Below, piece by piece: positions 8,821 to 19,026 of a stretch of 64,000 bases of DNA (its first letter is position 1; the number at the start of each line of letters is the position of its first letter). This stretch comes from a virus (taxonomy: Duplodnaviria; Caudoviricetes). The position numbers were made by a program, and so were the translations under genes. The notes beneath the pieces were generated by a model, which saw nothing but the letters and a program-made list of their open reading frames with translations, did no database searches and had not been told where the DNA came from. Where the stretch lies: positions 220,758-284,757 of the IMG/VR virus record IMGVR_UViG_2597489997_000001. One strand, written 5' to 3'.

Positions 8821-9053
8821 TCACTCAGGAAGGTGAAACCCTCCCTCCAGTCGATGAAAGCGTTGATGCTGAAACAGCTGCTATCCAGGCACTGTTGAAT
8901 GAAGACAGCAAAAACGAAACCACTAAGCTGGCTGAAGACGCTGCGGACAAATCTGTAGCTGCTCAAGAAGCTGCTAAAGTTGTTCCTGCTCCTGCTCAGG
9001 AAGAAGCTCCGGCTGAAGCTCCTGTACAGCAGAAGAAAAAGAAATAATGTAAT

Positions 9054-9088
9054 CCCCTACCCCTCCGTAAGGAAGGGTAGGGTTTTAT
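9054..9088 (+). terminator. CCTAC/GTAGG-family hairpin terminator
   Basis: CCCCTACCCCTCCGTAAGGAAGGGTAGGG, identical 29-mer at 27688-27716. Confidence 0.8.
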
Positions 9089-9113
9089 GTACTGTTGTAA
9101 AAAATTATAAACA

Positions 9114-9130
9114 GATATTATTATGGTGTT
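9114..9130 (+). promoter_or_regulatory. putative early promoter (GATATTATTATGGTGTT)
   Basis: Repeated motif between terminator and ATG 9172. Confidence 0.6.
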
Positions 9131-9171
9131 GTAACAAACATAAATTTATTAACCCACAGAAGGAAAAAGTG

Positions 9172-9666
9172 ATGTTTAATCTAATCAATACTGGTTCTTC
9201 CAAAGCTGATTACATTAATGCTGTAATTGCCGAAGTAGAGCGCATCGCTGCATTGTCAAAAGAAGAAGCTTCCAAGGTAGGTAAGACGGCTACAATCAAA
9301 CTGGTCCATGAAGTCCAGTTCGTTAAAACGGGTATCCGCTCCAATGCACATATCCGCGCTAACACCACTTTCACTCGTGAGAATGGAAAGATTGATTGTC
9401 AGTCTGAAACTTTCGATCTGGAAGATGGTATTAATTACTCTCATGATGTCTTTAACGAGATCATCGAGGATTGTACAGCTGCTGTTATCAACTGGATTGA
9501 TATGGCGATAATCTGCGGTAATGACTTATCCCCTGATGACATTAACCACGAATTCCAGCAACGCCTAATTGTCGGATTACGTAGTGGCGGTGTATTTGAG
9601 AAAGTCACCAGCTCTGTAGTAGCATCTCAGGGGGTTATCCAGTCGGTAACCATTACGGTGGTATAA
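9172..9666 (+). CDS. hypothetical protein
   Basis: ATG 9172 behind AAGGAA; the longer ORF-track start runs through a terminator. Confidence 0.8.
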   Translation: MFNLINTGSSKADYINAVIAEVERIAALSKEEASKVGKTATIKLVHEVQFVKTGIRSNAHIRANTTFTRENGKIDCQSETFDLEDGINYSHDVFNEIIEDCTAAVINWIDMAIICGNDLSPDDINHEFQQRLIVGLRSGGVFEKVTSSVVASQGVIQSVTITVV

Positions 9667-10203
9667 ATGGAATACAAACTTAGCCGGTACGGTGCCGTTT
9701 CCATGAATGGGGAAAACTTTGATGACCAGTCATTTACTGAGCCTCATGTCAAGTTGACTGTTCCTGGCGCAATTTCAGCGTGTACTGTAAAACTAGGTCC
9801 GTTGTTATATGTGACCACATTTTACCTTCGCGATGGTGAACAGCATTATGTAACGTTGTTTAAGTATCACGGTAAATGTAAACCACGTTGTGTAGAAATC
9901 AGTGAGCTTCTTGATATCCGATGTACCTCGGAAAAGAAACTCATGATCTTTATCTTCGGTGTTCTATTAGGATTCGATCACGATCGTTTATCCAACCGGG
10001 ACCGCAATACTTTACTGGCAGGTATTCGTTATAACCTTCCACCGGTATTTGTGGGGACAACTTTATTGCACGGTTTTGAACGTGGCTTTTATGTTAACAA
10101 TGACCAACTGACGATCTTTACAAAAGTCAGTAAAGATGCGGGCGTTTTAATTCGCACAGGTTATTCTTTATTCTCTCGTAATATCAAGGACTCTTTAAAA
10201 TGA
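9667..10203 (+). CDS. hypothetical protein
   Basis: 178 aa, abuts upstream stop. Confidence 0.75.
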   Translation: MEYKLSRYGAVSMNGENFDDQSFTEPHVKLTVPGAISACTVKLGPLLYVTTFYLRDGEQHYVTLFKYHGKCKPRCVEISELLDIRCTSEKKLMIFIFGVLLGFDHDRLSNRDRNTLLAGIRYNLPPVFVGTTLLHGFERGFYVNNDQLTIFTKVSKDAGVLIRTGYSLFSRNIKDSLK

Positions 10204-11108
10204 TCGACCAAATTATCTCAGCGCTGAAAATCTCTCTGAATGAATGTAAGAAATTCGAGAACCCAGCGGAATACATTTATGAACTGAACATGGTTCTAAG
10301 TCGTTACAAAACAAACCTGTTCAACATGCTGGAAGATAAACACAAGTATCTTCATGATCCTCGTGAGTTCTTCCAATTCCGCATTTCAACTTCATGGCGC
10401 ACTAAACCTGGGTTTAGCCGTGTTACTACGTTGAAAGACAATTCTCCCATTATGCTTCAAGTAAATGGGTTCCAACCATTTGCAGGTGAGCGTAAGAACA
10501 AAGAGAAGATCTATAATAAGGCAGTCCGGATTGATGACGTTATTGATCTGGAACGTATCATGTCTCTGAAGTCTGACCACTATTATTGCGGTCTGATGCA
10601 ATCACCTGGATATGTTTCTGAAGAAGATGTGATTCTTACTCAGCTGGGTGCAGAGAAGTACGCTGAGATGTCAATGTATCTTAATCTGGATAAAACAGTT
10701 GATGACGTGATTGTGTTTTCCTTACAGCTGAACTCTGTTGTGCCTGACAGTGTGATGGCTAAACATAATGAAGCATCGGCAGCTGCAATTGCAGATAACC
10801 CAATGACTGCTAAGAAGCTGAGAACTCTTCAGGCATTGGCTAAGGTACACGAAGGAATGGAAGAACACCGCATTCCTAAAGATGTCAAGATGTATATGGA
10901 TGGTAAGATTCCTAATCTTGATAGCGATAAGGAAAGTATCCCGACCAATGTTGTTGATTCAATTTTTGGTGGTACAAAACAAGAAGCCGGTAGCATCTCT
11001 GCATCAGCTGTTAAAAAGACCGCACCCTTTCGGGCTAAAAATCATCTTAGGCTGGCCAATTTAAATGGTGGTGTAGGAGCCTCCCGTAAGAAGAATAAAT
11101 TCTGGTAA
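10200..11108 (+). CDS. hypothetical protein
   Basis: 302 aa, ATGA overlap, basic C-terminus. Confidence 0.8.
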   Translation: MIDQIISALKISLNECKKFENPAEYIYELNMVLSRYKTNLFNMLEDKHKYLHDPREFFQFRISTSWRTKPGFSRVTTLKDNSPIMLQVNGFQPFAGERKNKEKIYNKAVRIDDVIDLERIMSLKSDHYYCGLMQSPGYVSEEDVILTQLGAEKYAEMSMYLNLDKTVDDVIVFSLQLNSVVPDSVMAKHNEASAAAIADNPMTAKKLRTLQALAKVHEGMEEHRIPKDVKMYMDGKIPNLDSDKESIPTNVVDSIFGGTKQEAGSISASAVKKTAPFRAKNHLRLANLNGGVGASRKKNKFW

Positions 11109-11145
11109 CATTAACATATATCGAGAATCTCGATAAGGAATAGAA

Positions 11146-11739
11146 ATGCAAGTTCTCCTCCATCGTTACTTCAATCACCTCAAACCCGATAATGGCTTTT
11201 ATAACATCGGGGTCCATCCTCAAATGGATAACGTTTTAATCGTAACGTTAACAGATGAACAAGGCCGTGTTGGCATACCTGCTGACCGTTGGGCAATGGA
11301 CGTCTATACTGATAAACTATCGGCTATTATTACAAGCGCTGATAAATACGGGGTCTACTTCTCTCATTATTCCATCAGACGTATTAATGATGGTGATGAG
11401 GATGGTAGTTTCTCTTTATATGCTACATGGGAAGACCTGGGCATTCATCCGAGTGCTGTTACAAAAGACATTCTCAATCGTTACCGTTCATACCTTCGTG
11501 ATTACATCTATACGAAGTTCTTCAGACACATCTTGTCATTGGGTAGTCGTTCTCGCAGAATCGCACTACACTGGTTACACGACTCAGGGGACGATAATTA
11601 CAGCACAGTCATGTGGCGTATTGATTCTCGCTATAAACTGATTCGAGAAGGTAACCTTTATAACGTTTATCTTTGTGACCGTCATCGCATGGTTACTCGG
11701 ATAGAGGTTGAACGACTCACCGCGAATATGTTCCAATAA
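11146..11739 (+). CDS. hypothetical protein
   Basis: 197 aa, TAAGGAA RBS. Confidence 0.75.
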   Translation: MQVLLHRYFNHLKPDNGFYNIGVHPQMDNVLIVTLTDEQGRVGIPADRWAMDVYTDKLSAIITSADKYGVYFSHYSIRRINDGDEDGSFSLYATWEDLGIHPSAVTKDILNRYRSYLRDYIYTKFFRHILSLGSRSRRIALHWLHDSGDDNYSTVMWRIDSRYKLIREGNLYNVYLCDRHRMVTRIEVERLTANMFQ

Positions 11740-11749
11740 CATAAAGAAC

Positions 11750-11779
11750 TCCTACTCTACCCAGTTGGGTAGAGTAGGA
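11750..11779. terminator. bidirectional hairpin between convergent genes (CCTAC/GTAGG family)
   Basis: TCCTACTCTACCC-AGTT-GGGTAGAGTAGGA, 13-bp perfect stem. Confidence 0.8.
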
Positions 11780-11798
11780 TTATTCTTGATTAAATTTT

Positions 11799-12437
11799 TT
11801 ATGGGTTCAGTGCTTTCAACTGACCTTCTAACTCAGCGATATATGCGTAGAGTTGCTGGTTCTCAACAGTAAGCTTTTCAGCACGTACCAAATCGGAAGG
11901 TTCTTCCACAATGGCCGTCTGTCTTGTCTTTTCCCATGCTTCGGCCTGTTCTTTAGAAACATACCCACGAGTAGGCATTGTTCCAAGAGATACCTTAGGG
12001 TTAGCAATCCCCATTGACTTCTTAACGTAGTTAGCGAAATGTTCAAGAGCTGCGTTAATACGATCACGAGTAGCTGGAGGACAAGCACCTAAGTCGGTGA
12101 TGATACACATACGTTCATAAATAACACCGTCGACCAATGGGAAAGATTTAATATACGTGGATAACACATATACTGGTTCTCTCCCACGGCTAGTCAATGA
12201 AACGACAACAGCGTCATCACTGATAGCTTTAGCGACCATATCTTTATAGGTAGTCTCATCAACACCGGCTGGTGCAAAGACAGTTTTGAAAAGATCAACT
12301 TTAAGAGCCTGCATCTCCGGAACAGTACGCACAGCTTCGACCGTATAGAAGATCTTTGGATCGACTACGTTGGTGAATGGAGGTAGTGCTTCGAAACTAC
12401 CTGCTGCGTACACTGCTGGGATGATGTTAGAACTCAT
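11799..12437 (-). CDS. conserved phiKZ-like hypothetical or virion protein
   Basis: 212 aa, coupled to upstream 443-aa gene; C-terminal coiled coil. Confidence 0.7.
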   Translation of the reverse strand: MSSNIIPAVYAAGSFEALPPFTNVVDPKIFYTVEAVRTVPEMQALKVDLFKTVFAPAGVDETTYKDMVAKAISDDAVVVSLTSRGREPVYVLSTYIKSFPLVDGVIYERMCIITDLGACPPATRDRINAALEHFANYVKKSMGIANPKVSLGTMPTRGYVSKEQAEAWEKTRQTAIVEEPSDLVRAEKLTVENQQLYAYIAELEGQLKALNP

Positions 12438-13765
12438 TCGACGATAACTCCATCTTTAACGAACTGATAACGAGTGATCATAGTAATTTTGGATTTACTT
12501 GAACGGCGCGTAATATAGAGCTTACCGTCTTTCATCACACGCTGAATACCTTTAGGTGGCATCCCGTCTGGAGTCACCACTTCACCAGCAGCAAGCATCT
12601 CTTCCAAGTCCATAATGAACTTGGCCGTATCTTTGGACATCATGCCCGCTTGAGAGTCGGTAGATGGTATTAGCTGATAGTCAGGGTAAATCTGAGATAT
12701 CTTAGTACGATCCCCGTGGTTCTTAGGTTTACCCACAAAACCCATTTTAGCAGACTTGTACAAATGCGGTACAATTTGCAGAGATTCTATGACCGCTGCT
12801 TCGCCCCACAGAGCACAATACTTGTTGGGTAATTCATCGCCATCTTTAAAAGTAAAGATTGGTGAGTAAGTAGAACCAACCACAGTTTCGTTGATCAGAC
12901 CCAGTTCATTCCAAAAAGGAACTACTGCGAACTCTAACGGGTTAAACAGATCAGGTATGATTTCTGCCCATTCGTCTTCGGTGTGTTTAGAGTTATTAAG
13001 GATACACTCCTTAATCTTCTCATACGTTTCTTCTTCAGCATCAGTCGGGTTACCATAATAGATAATGGTCCAGTGACCTTTGTTGAAGTTAGGTGTATTA
13101 ACCACATCGTAGATATCGAAGGACATGACAATACGAGCAGTGTAAGGATTGGTATTCTCACCAATCAGTCCCTGTACTCGTGCCTCGATCTTATCCGTTG
13201 TTTCCAGAGCCAGACGTTGAGCAACTTGTTTATAGTTGTTGTCTGCCAGGAAGTCAATATCAGCAATGGCAATCGGATGAATAACATAAATTTCACGGTA
13301 TGGGAATTCAACAGCGAAATATTCGTTAGCAATCCAAATCTTGAACTCATGAACCACGCCTGCAACGTCAAGCGTAAAGGAGATACTTGATGGCATCCAG
13401 ATAGCATTATTGGTCACCATCACGTTGACATCTTTCCACACCCATCCAGTTGTGTATGTCGCTTTCAGTAATTGTAAGCAACTCTGAGAGGAGTCGGTTG
13501 TTTTATTAGCTATGGCCTGTTGGTATAACCAATCCAACATGGTCAGAACCTTATCGGCATGAGCCTTAGGAATCTTCTCATACATGGAAGTTGCAGATAC
13601 ACCACGGAACGAGTAAAGATCAGCACCCTTTCCTTCCAGGAAATATAAATCAGGTTCTTTAGAATAGGTCTTTGATCTATTCGTCAGTTCACCGATAGGG
13701 GAGTTAGAACCATTGATAATTAAATCATGGAACTCGCAAAAGCAACTGTACAGATTTGTTGACAT
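12434..13765 (-). CDS. putative virion structural protein (phiKZ gp157-like by synteny)
   Basis: 443 aa; PIGEL..SKTYSKE and IIPDLF.PLEF.VVPFW motifs; neighbour of RNase H-like gene. Confidence 0.6.
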   Translation of the reverse strand: MSTNLYSCFCEFHDLIINGSNSPIGELTNRSKTYSKEPDLYFLEGKGADLYSFRGVSATSMYEKIPKAHADKVLTMLDWLYQQAIANKTTDSSQSCLQLLKATYTTGWVWKDVNVMVTNNAIWMPSSISFTLDVAGVVHEFKIWIANEYFAVEFPYREIYVIHPIAIADIDFLADNNYKQVAQRLALETTDKIEARVQGLIGENTNPYTARIVMSFDIYDVVNTPNFNKGHWTIIYYGNPTDAEEETYEKIKECILNNSKHTEDEWAEIIPDLFNPLEFAVVPFWNELGLINETVVGSTYSPIFTFKDGDELPNKYCALWGEAAVIESLQIVPHLYKSAKMGFVGKPKNHGDRTKISQIYPDYQLIPSTDSQAGMMSKDTAKFIMDLEEMLAAGEVVTPDGMPPKGIQRVMKDGKLYITRRSSKSKITMITRYQFVKDGVIVE

Positions 13766-13817
13766 AGATTAACCTTTTAGATATAATAAGTCATATTCAA
13801 AAAGTGGTGGACACAGC

Positions 13818-14225
13818 ATGAACTTCTTTCTCAGGGAACTCATCAACAGGGTAATCAGTTACCTGATTCGAGTTTCAAAAGGTGAAACGTACGAAGAGAA
13901 GATTGAACAGCTTCTTAAAAAAGCGTTACTGTTTGCAGCAATGGCTCTCATACTTTCCGCTACCATGACATCTAAATGGCTTGTAGCTGGTTGGTATCTG
14001 GATGACTTGGAAAGCTCGTTCGGTAAGATCGATACTTTCATGGGCACCCAGCAAGAGAACATGAACCAACTGTTCCGTATCAATGGAGACCAATATAACA
14101 CCATCGTCAAACTCGAAAAAGAGAACAAGTCGATGTTAAGCGATATCCGGTTCTTACTTGCCAACCAGAAGCAACTCGAAGAAGAAAACGAGAAGCTGAA
14201 GGCGAAGCAAAAGAAAGGAAAGTAA
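13818..14225 (+). CDS. membrane protein with C-terminal coiled coil
   Basis: One TM helix then heptad repeats and a basic tail. Confidence 0.75.
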   Translation: MNFFLRELINRVISYLIRVSKGETYEEKIEQLLKKALLFAAMALILSATMTSKWLVAGWYLDDLESSFGKIDTFMGTQQENMNQLFRINGDQYNTIVKLEKENKSMLSDIRFLLANQKQLEEENEKLKAKQKKGK

Positions 14226-14270
14226 AATAAGACAAGGATGTCCATCAGTTGTTAAATAACAAAATCAGGT

Positions 14271-15704
14271 ATGAGAAAAATAATGAACATCGTCTATTAT
14301 ATCGTGAGTTCATTCCTCAAGGACAAGAACGTGGGGATTTCCGGTGGTCATGGATATTCCTACGATCCTGCCAATGAGAGCAAGCGTAAGCTTCAAAAAG
14401 ATGTACCAACAGTTTACGGTTACTTTGTAAATGGTAACTATCAAAATATCGCAGTGGATCAGATAGATATCTATAATGGTCGCGTTCTGAAACAACCTAA
14501 TGAAACAGAAGCATTCCTTTTACACTTAGAAGCAATCATTAACGAATGGTTGACTGACAAGAAAGAAGGCAATAAGCTTTTGGTTATCACAAACTGTGTC
14601 AAGGGACACAAGATGATAACTAATAACCGTCATCCAGAAGCAGTTAACGCTGAAGTATTCAAACGCGTTTATGATCTGTATGCTGAGCATAAGAAAGATA
14701 TTATCATTGATGTCGAGTATCATGCCAAAGGCGGTGAAGGTCCTAAAGCTGCGACGAAGCAAACTGAGTTAGGTGAAGCACTCTCTAGCCTTCCTTCTGC
14801 TGATGAAGTTACACTGGATAAGTTGGACCTTAAGTCTTACAAGGATCCAGAGATCGATTTCAACAAGTTAGTGACAGCCACCCGTTGGTACTTCAACACC
14901 GGTGACAAATCTGACTTTGAAGAAGTTGATGATCGTGGTTACCGTAAATATACTTTTGGTCGTGTTGACCCGGATAAGCAGTATTACGGGAAAGCTACAC
15001 CAGACGTTTATTATTCAACACTCTATACCAAGACACCAATTAAGGTTCTTGATAAGTTGTATAAGTTCTGTCAGAAGAATCGACCGAACCCTTACAACAT
15101 CATGAGCGCTGGAAACTTGCCACACATCAAGTCTAAAGAGATCGCTCGTGTTATTGACACCATCCCTGGTACCTTTGGAAAGAAAGAGCTCATCGCTCCT
15201 ATGACTCTTGGTAACACGGAGAACGCTGCATTAGTAGAGTTCATCGACCCACCAGGTTTAAGTTATCGTATTCGTGACTTCCATCAACAACTGGACATGA
15301 TTTATAAGTTCTTCCGTAAACGCGACGAGAACGGTGTGTACCAGAAGCACAAGTTTGTGGATATCACTGATTTGTTCTTTGTAACTGATGCTAAGGGTAA
15401 GACTAAAATTCACCCTGACTTCACCAACAACACTTTGAAAGTTCCAGTAGCCGTAGAAGCCCCTGGTTGTGTTAAGCCTGTTGTTATCAACCTCTCTATT
15501 AAGTATGACATCCCTGAGCGGAACTCACTCAATAGCCTGATTGTTAACAAGGTAGAAAACATCAAGGTCTACTTAGCTCTCGACTTTACCAATGATGCTG
15601 GTGTAGGATACTGTACTGTAGTTTCAACTCCAGAGTTTGACTACATCCACTCCAACAGTATTGCCAACTTACGCGTTTATTCCATGAAGGAATTAGGTAA
15701 ATAA
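14271..15704 (+). CDS. RNase H-like protein (phiKZ gp155-like), active site apparently degenerate
   Basis: G..GGHGY.Y...VPT.YGY N-terminus, RWYFNT, YGKATPDVYYS; synteny; lacks YTDG. Confidence 0.55.
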   Translation: MRKIMNIVYYIVSSFLKDKNVGISGGHGYSYDPANESKRKLQKDVPTVYGYFVNGNYQNIAVDQIDIYNGRVLKQPNETEAFLLHLEAIINEWLTDKKEGNKLLVITNCVKGHKMITNNRHPEAVNAEVFKRVYDLYAEHKKDIIIDVEYHAKGGEGPKAATKQTELGEALSSLPSADEVTLDKLDLKSYKDPEIDFNKLVTATRWYFNTGDKSDFEEVDDRGYRKYTFGRVDPDKQYYGKATPDVYYSTLYTKTPIKVLDKLYKFCQKNRPNPYNIMSAGNLPHIKSKEIARVIDTIPGTFGKKELIAPMTLGNTENAALVEFIDPPGLSYRIRDFHQQLDMIYKFFRKRDENGVYQKHKFVDITDLFFVTDAKGKTKIHPDFTNNTLKVPVAVEAPGCVKPVVINLSIKYDIPERNSLNSLIVNKVENIKVYLALDFTNDAGVGYCTVVSTPEFDYIHSNSIANLRVYSMKELGK

Positions 15705-15705
15705 T

Positions 15706-15748
15706 CATAAATCCCCTACCCCTCCTAATGGAGTGGGTAGGGGTTATG
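15706..15748. terminator. bidirectional hairpin (CCTAC/GTAGG family) with CATAA/TTATG flanks
   Basis: CATAAATCCCCTACCCCTCC-TAAT-GGAGTGGGTAGGGGTTATG between convergent genes. Confidence 0.75.
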
Positions 15749-15761
15749 TTTGTCTTTATTT

Positions 15762-16850
15762 TTATCTTCCGTGAAGACTAATACGAGTCAGTTCTTCCAG
15801 TGCCGGAGTAATGCTACCACTGATTGTAGCTTTAGCGCGCTTAAAGATAGCCGCAGTGACTTCATCGATTGCATTGGTCTCAGTCTTACGCCATGCGGTA
15901 TCGAGGTTAAGAACACCGTTACAGGCAGCCTCTACAGCTTTGATCAATTCCTGAGTAACAGACACAGCACGATTGAGATCGCGATCACCTTCGTCGGTAT
16001 TAGCAGCCATCTTATCTAAGTTGACTGTCGCTTTATCTTTACACTCGGAAAGTGAAACACGGGCATTGATAAGGAAGCGGATGTTCTTCATCAAATCCTG
16101 ATTACCAGCCAAGGTTTCTTCCATCGTGGATTTAACGATGTCGATAGCAAACCCTAAACGATTACGTGTCTCTTCAGTTGGATCGATACGCTCGATCTCT
16201 TTCAGATGAGTCATAATCTGACCAGCAGCACGATCGACCACACCTTTAACACGTGCTTCGATATTGGTAGATACCATTACCAATTTATCTTTAACATCGG
16301 CGTTGTTATCAATTTCATCGGCTGCTTCTTTTACCGCTGTTTTCTCTTCAGGAGCAAGACGACGTACTTGGTTACGAAGCTCATCAGTCTTCTTCTTGCG
16401 GAAAGCATTGTAATCAGAGAGCGCTGAAATGTTACCAGGTCCTTTAGGTGACTCATCAGTACCCTTAATGGCCTGATCTTGACCAGCCTTTAGAATGGAC
16501 TCAGGGGTAGGTTTGTCACGCAGTTGCTTGAACATATTTTCGACGGCTTTGACATCAGCTTCTTTTGGCTTGAACCAAGAACGAATGTAAGCGATCAACT
16601 GCTTAATGAACTCTTTGATCTTCACACCAGCTTTCTTCACACCGTCCATGAATCCTTCCTGGCCTGCCATTGCTTCCAAATCCAAATCGTTCAGCTTGAG
16701 TACAGTAGTGGTGTATTCAAGATCATCACCCAGAGGTCCATCAAAGTTGATGTCTTCGTGAAGTGTTTCAAAACCAGAAGTGAGTCTCACGACATGATCG
16801 AAATCACTCATAAGAGATTCAAAGCCAGCAGTGTCAAATGTAATTTCCAT
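15762..16850 (-). CDS. internal head (inner-body type) protein with cleavable propeptide
   Basis: Acidic leader with AGFE/SGFE/AGQE sites followed by amphipathic GFMDGVKKAGVKIKEFIKQLIAYIRSWF helix, typical of phiKZ-type head paralogs. Confidence 0.65.
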   Translation of the reverse strand: MEITFDTAGFESLMSDFDHVVRLTSGFETLHEDINFDGPLGDDLEYTTTVLKLNDLDLEAMAGQEGFMDGVKKAGVKIKEFIKQLIAYIRSWFKPKEADVKAVENMFKQLRDKPTPESILKAGQDQAIKGTDESPKGPGNISALSDYNAFRKKKTDELRNQVRRLAPEEKTAVKEAADEIDNNADVKDKLVMVSTNIEARVKGVVDRAAGQIMTHLKEIERIDPTEETRNRLGFAIDIVKSTMEETLAGNQDLMKNIRFLINARVSLSECKDKATVNLDKMAANTDEGDRDLNRAVSVTQELIKAVEAACNGVLNLDTAWRKTETNAIDEVTAAIFKRAKATISGSITPALEELTRISLHGR

Positions 16851-16890
16851 GTGAGTACCTTAAAGAGGTGGGAGTTACCCCACCTGTTAA

Positions 16891-19011
16891 TTAAAAGAGA
16901 TCAGAGATAGTCGCGAACTTGAACTTAGGGTTGTGTTCGCAATAAGGAGCATCAAGTTCCATGTCAGCCATGTACATTGAATAACTCTCGAATCCGAGGT
17001 AACTATTCAGATCGAATGAACCCATTGCTTTCAGTGAGATACCTGCAACGTCAGTAGGTAATCTACCACCACCCAACAAGACATCTACCTGTTCTTTACT
17101 CCACTCCATGATGTCGATGGAACGAGAAGTAATGTTTTCTTCTTTACCCGTATCCAAGTCAACCATGTAAATGAAACATTCTTCATCCTGACCTTTACGA
17201 TAAATACGAGCGATGGTCTGCTTAAGTTCGTAAGATCTGAACGGGGCATTCATCAGAATGAGCTGGTTAGCCATTAATAACGGGTAACCTTCTTTCAGGG
17301 TGTTGTAGGTTGTAATGAGAGGGTTGAAATTAGGATCAGCCGCAAACTCATTAACTACCTTATCAATATCCTTACTGTTCTCACCATGCACCCAACCTGA
17401 CTTAATTCCCAGCGTGTCGAAGTAATTTGTCAGTTCTTTAATGACCTCGATGTAAGAGGTATAAATAACCGTCTTCTTCTTCACTGCATTGATCATCTCA
17501 GGGAGTTTAGCATGCTTAATGATGTCACGTACAGCTTCCATACGAGACTTGCTCAGAACGCGTCCCAGGGCTTCTCCGCGTATCTTCAAGCTGAGGTATT
17601 TAACCGCTGACTTGATATGACGGAAGTACTTCAGATCTTCACCACGTAATTCGTGTTCAATCTTGGTCTCCACCATTTTACAGTACTTGGATTTATCAGA
17701 GTCGGTAAAGTTGTTGTATCCATGCTTCTGGAAGTATTCAACAATTTCGATATACTTGTCGAGTTGGGCTTCTTCAACTTTATCCCCAGAGATATACTGA
17801 CGATACGATTTAATATATCTCCGCCAGTCGTTCTCATACTGAGGAAGGACTTTCTGATAGAACTGGATGCGTTCAGTGATGAAATCCATCATCTCAGCAC
17901 GGATACTATTCAGGGTGTATTTATCAGCGCCAGGGAACGATACAGGAACCAGGATAGGCTCAGGTGCTTTACCCATGCCCTCAACTTTGGTAATCGTATA
18001 CTTGATACGGCCAAGACGGTGTGCGAGCATCTCGTTAAGGAATGCGTTATCACGACCGTACATTTTGAGGAAGTCATCTCTGACATAATCATCGAAGAAC
18101 TTATCGATGATAGTAAACAGAGCGAATGTTTCACGACCCTGTGCTTTAATCGGAGTACCCGACATAAACAGAACGTCAGAAACAAATGGGTGTGTAGCGA
18201 GTTCAATCAGACCCTGAGTCTGTTGTGACTTGTGCTCATTATAGTTGTGAGATTCATCAACGATAATTTTGATTGGTTCTTTACCATCTTTAGACATCTT
18301 GTTGACAAGGTTGTCGTACTCACCACGTCTCAAGTTCTCTTTATAGATGATGAAGAATTCGCAGTCCAAATGGTTGAGAGGATCAGTACCATCAATAGAG
18401 GTCCATATTTTAGGAGCTTGCTTGAAGTACTTATTCGTCATCTCGTCAACCCAAGGTTTGTTAACCAAGTGTTTTGGTACCACGATGATGGTCTTATAGG
18501 GAGAGATCATTCTCGACCAAACTAGGCTGGTGTACGTTTTACCAGAACCCGGTTCTGCATCAAGTAAACAACCTCTTAACTGATATCCAAACTTGATACG
18601 AGAGTAATCCAGAAGGAACTCACGTTGATCAGGGAAAGGACTCAGTGTGAAATCACGCAGTGCTTTATTGAGATCATAAGGGGCATATTCCTGGAAGGTT
18701 GTTTGAATCCAAGTCTTTGCTTTGATCTCATCGAAGAGTTGCCGATACTTCAGCATTCCCACTCGATATCTGTTAACCTGTCGTTTATTCTTATTGTTGG
18801 TGAAGTGCTCTAAAATCCAAGCCAGTTCAACCATGAAGAAACGATGGATTCTAAACTTGCGGTTATTTACTTTCTTGACAATACGGTTAAAGATAACTGA
18901 CGTACCGAAGTTAGATCGCAGGTCTAATTCGAAGTCATTTAAATTTATACCACTTACCTGATAGTAAGAACCAACACTTTCAACACTTGGCGAAAAGCTA
19001 AAAAAGTCCAT
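16891..19011 (-). CDS. SNF2/DEAD-like superfamily 2 helicase (phiKZ gp203-like)
   Basis: EPGSGKT, IIVDESH, MSGTP, LKEGYPL, QTIARIYRKGQ; likely start 19011. Confidence 0.9.
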   Translation of the reverse strand: MDFFSFSPSVESVGSYYQVSGINLNDFELDLRSNFGTSVIFNRIVKKVNNRKFRIHRFFMVELAWILEHFTNNKNKRQVNRYRVGMLKYRQLFDEIKAKTWIQTTFQEYAPYDLNKALRDFTLSPFPDQREFLLDYSRIKFGYQLRGCLLDAEPGSGKTYTSLVWSRMISPYKTIIVVPKHLVNKPWVDEMTNKYFKQAPKIWTSIDGTDPLNHLDCEFFIIYKENLRRGEYDNLVNKMSKDGKEPIKIIVDESHNYNEHKSQQTQGLIELATHPFVSDVLFMSGTPIKAQGRETFALFTIIDKFFDDYVRDDFLKMYGRDNAFLNEMLAHRLGRIKYTITKVEGMGKAPEPILVPVSFPGADKYTLNSIRAEMMDFITERIQFYQKVLPQYENDWRRYIKSYRQYISGDKVEEAQLDKYIEIVEYFQKHGYNNFTDSDKSKYCKMVETKIEHELRGEDLKYFRHIKSAVKYLSLKIRGEALGRVLSKSRMEAVRDIIKHAKLPEMINAVKKKTVIYTSYIEVIKELTNYFDTLGIKSGWVHGENSKDIDKVVNEFAADPNFNPLITTYNTLKEGYPLLMANQLILMNAPFRSYELKQTIARIYRKGQDEECFIYMVDLDTGKEENITSRSIDIMEWSKEQVDVLLGGGRLPTDVAGISLKAMGSFDLNSYLGFESYSMYMADMELDAPYCEHNPKFKFATISDLF

Positions 19012-19026
19012 AATGGAGTGCCTTAA

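Noticed and set aside
8980-9171. N-terminal extension of the 8980..9666 ORF
   Set aside because: Runs through a terminator and promoter motif; ATG 9172 has the RBS
13818-14225. i-spanin
   Set aside because: TM plus coiled coil fits, but I found no overlapping or adjacent o-spanin lipoprotein and it is not near the endolysin
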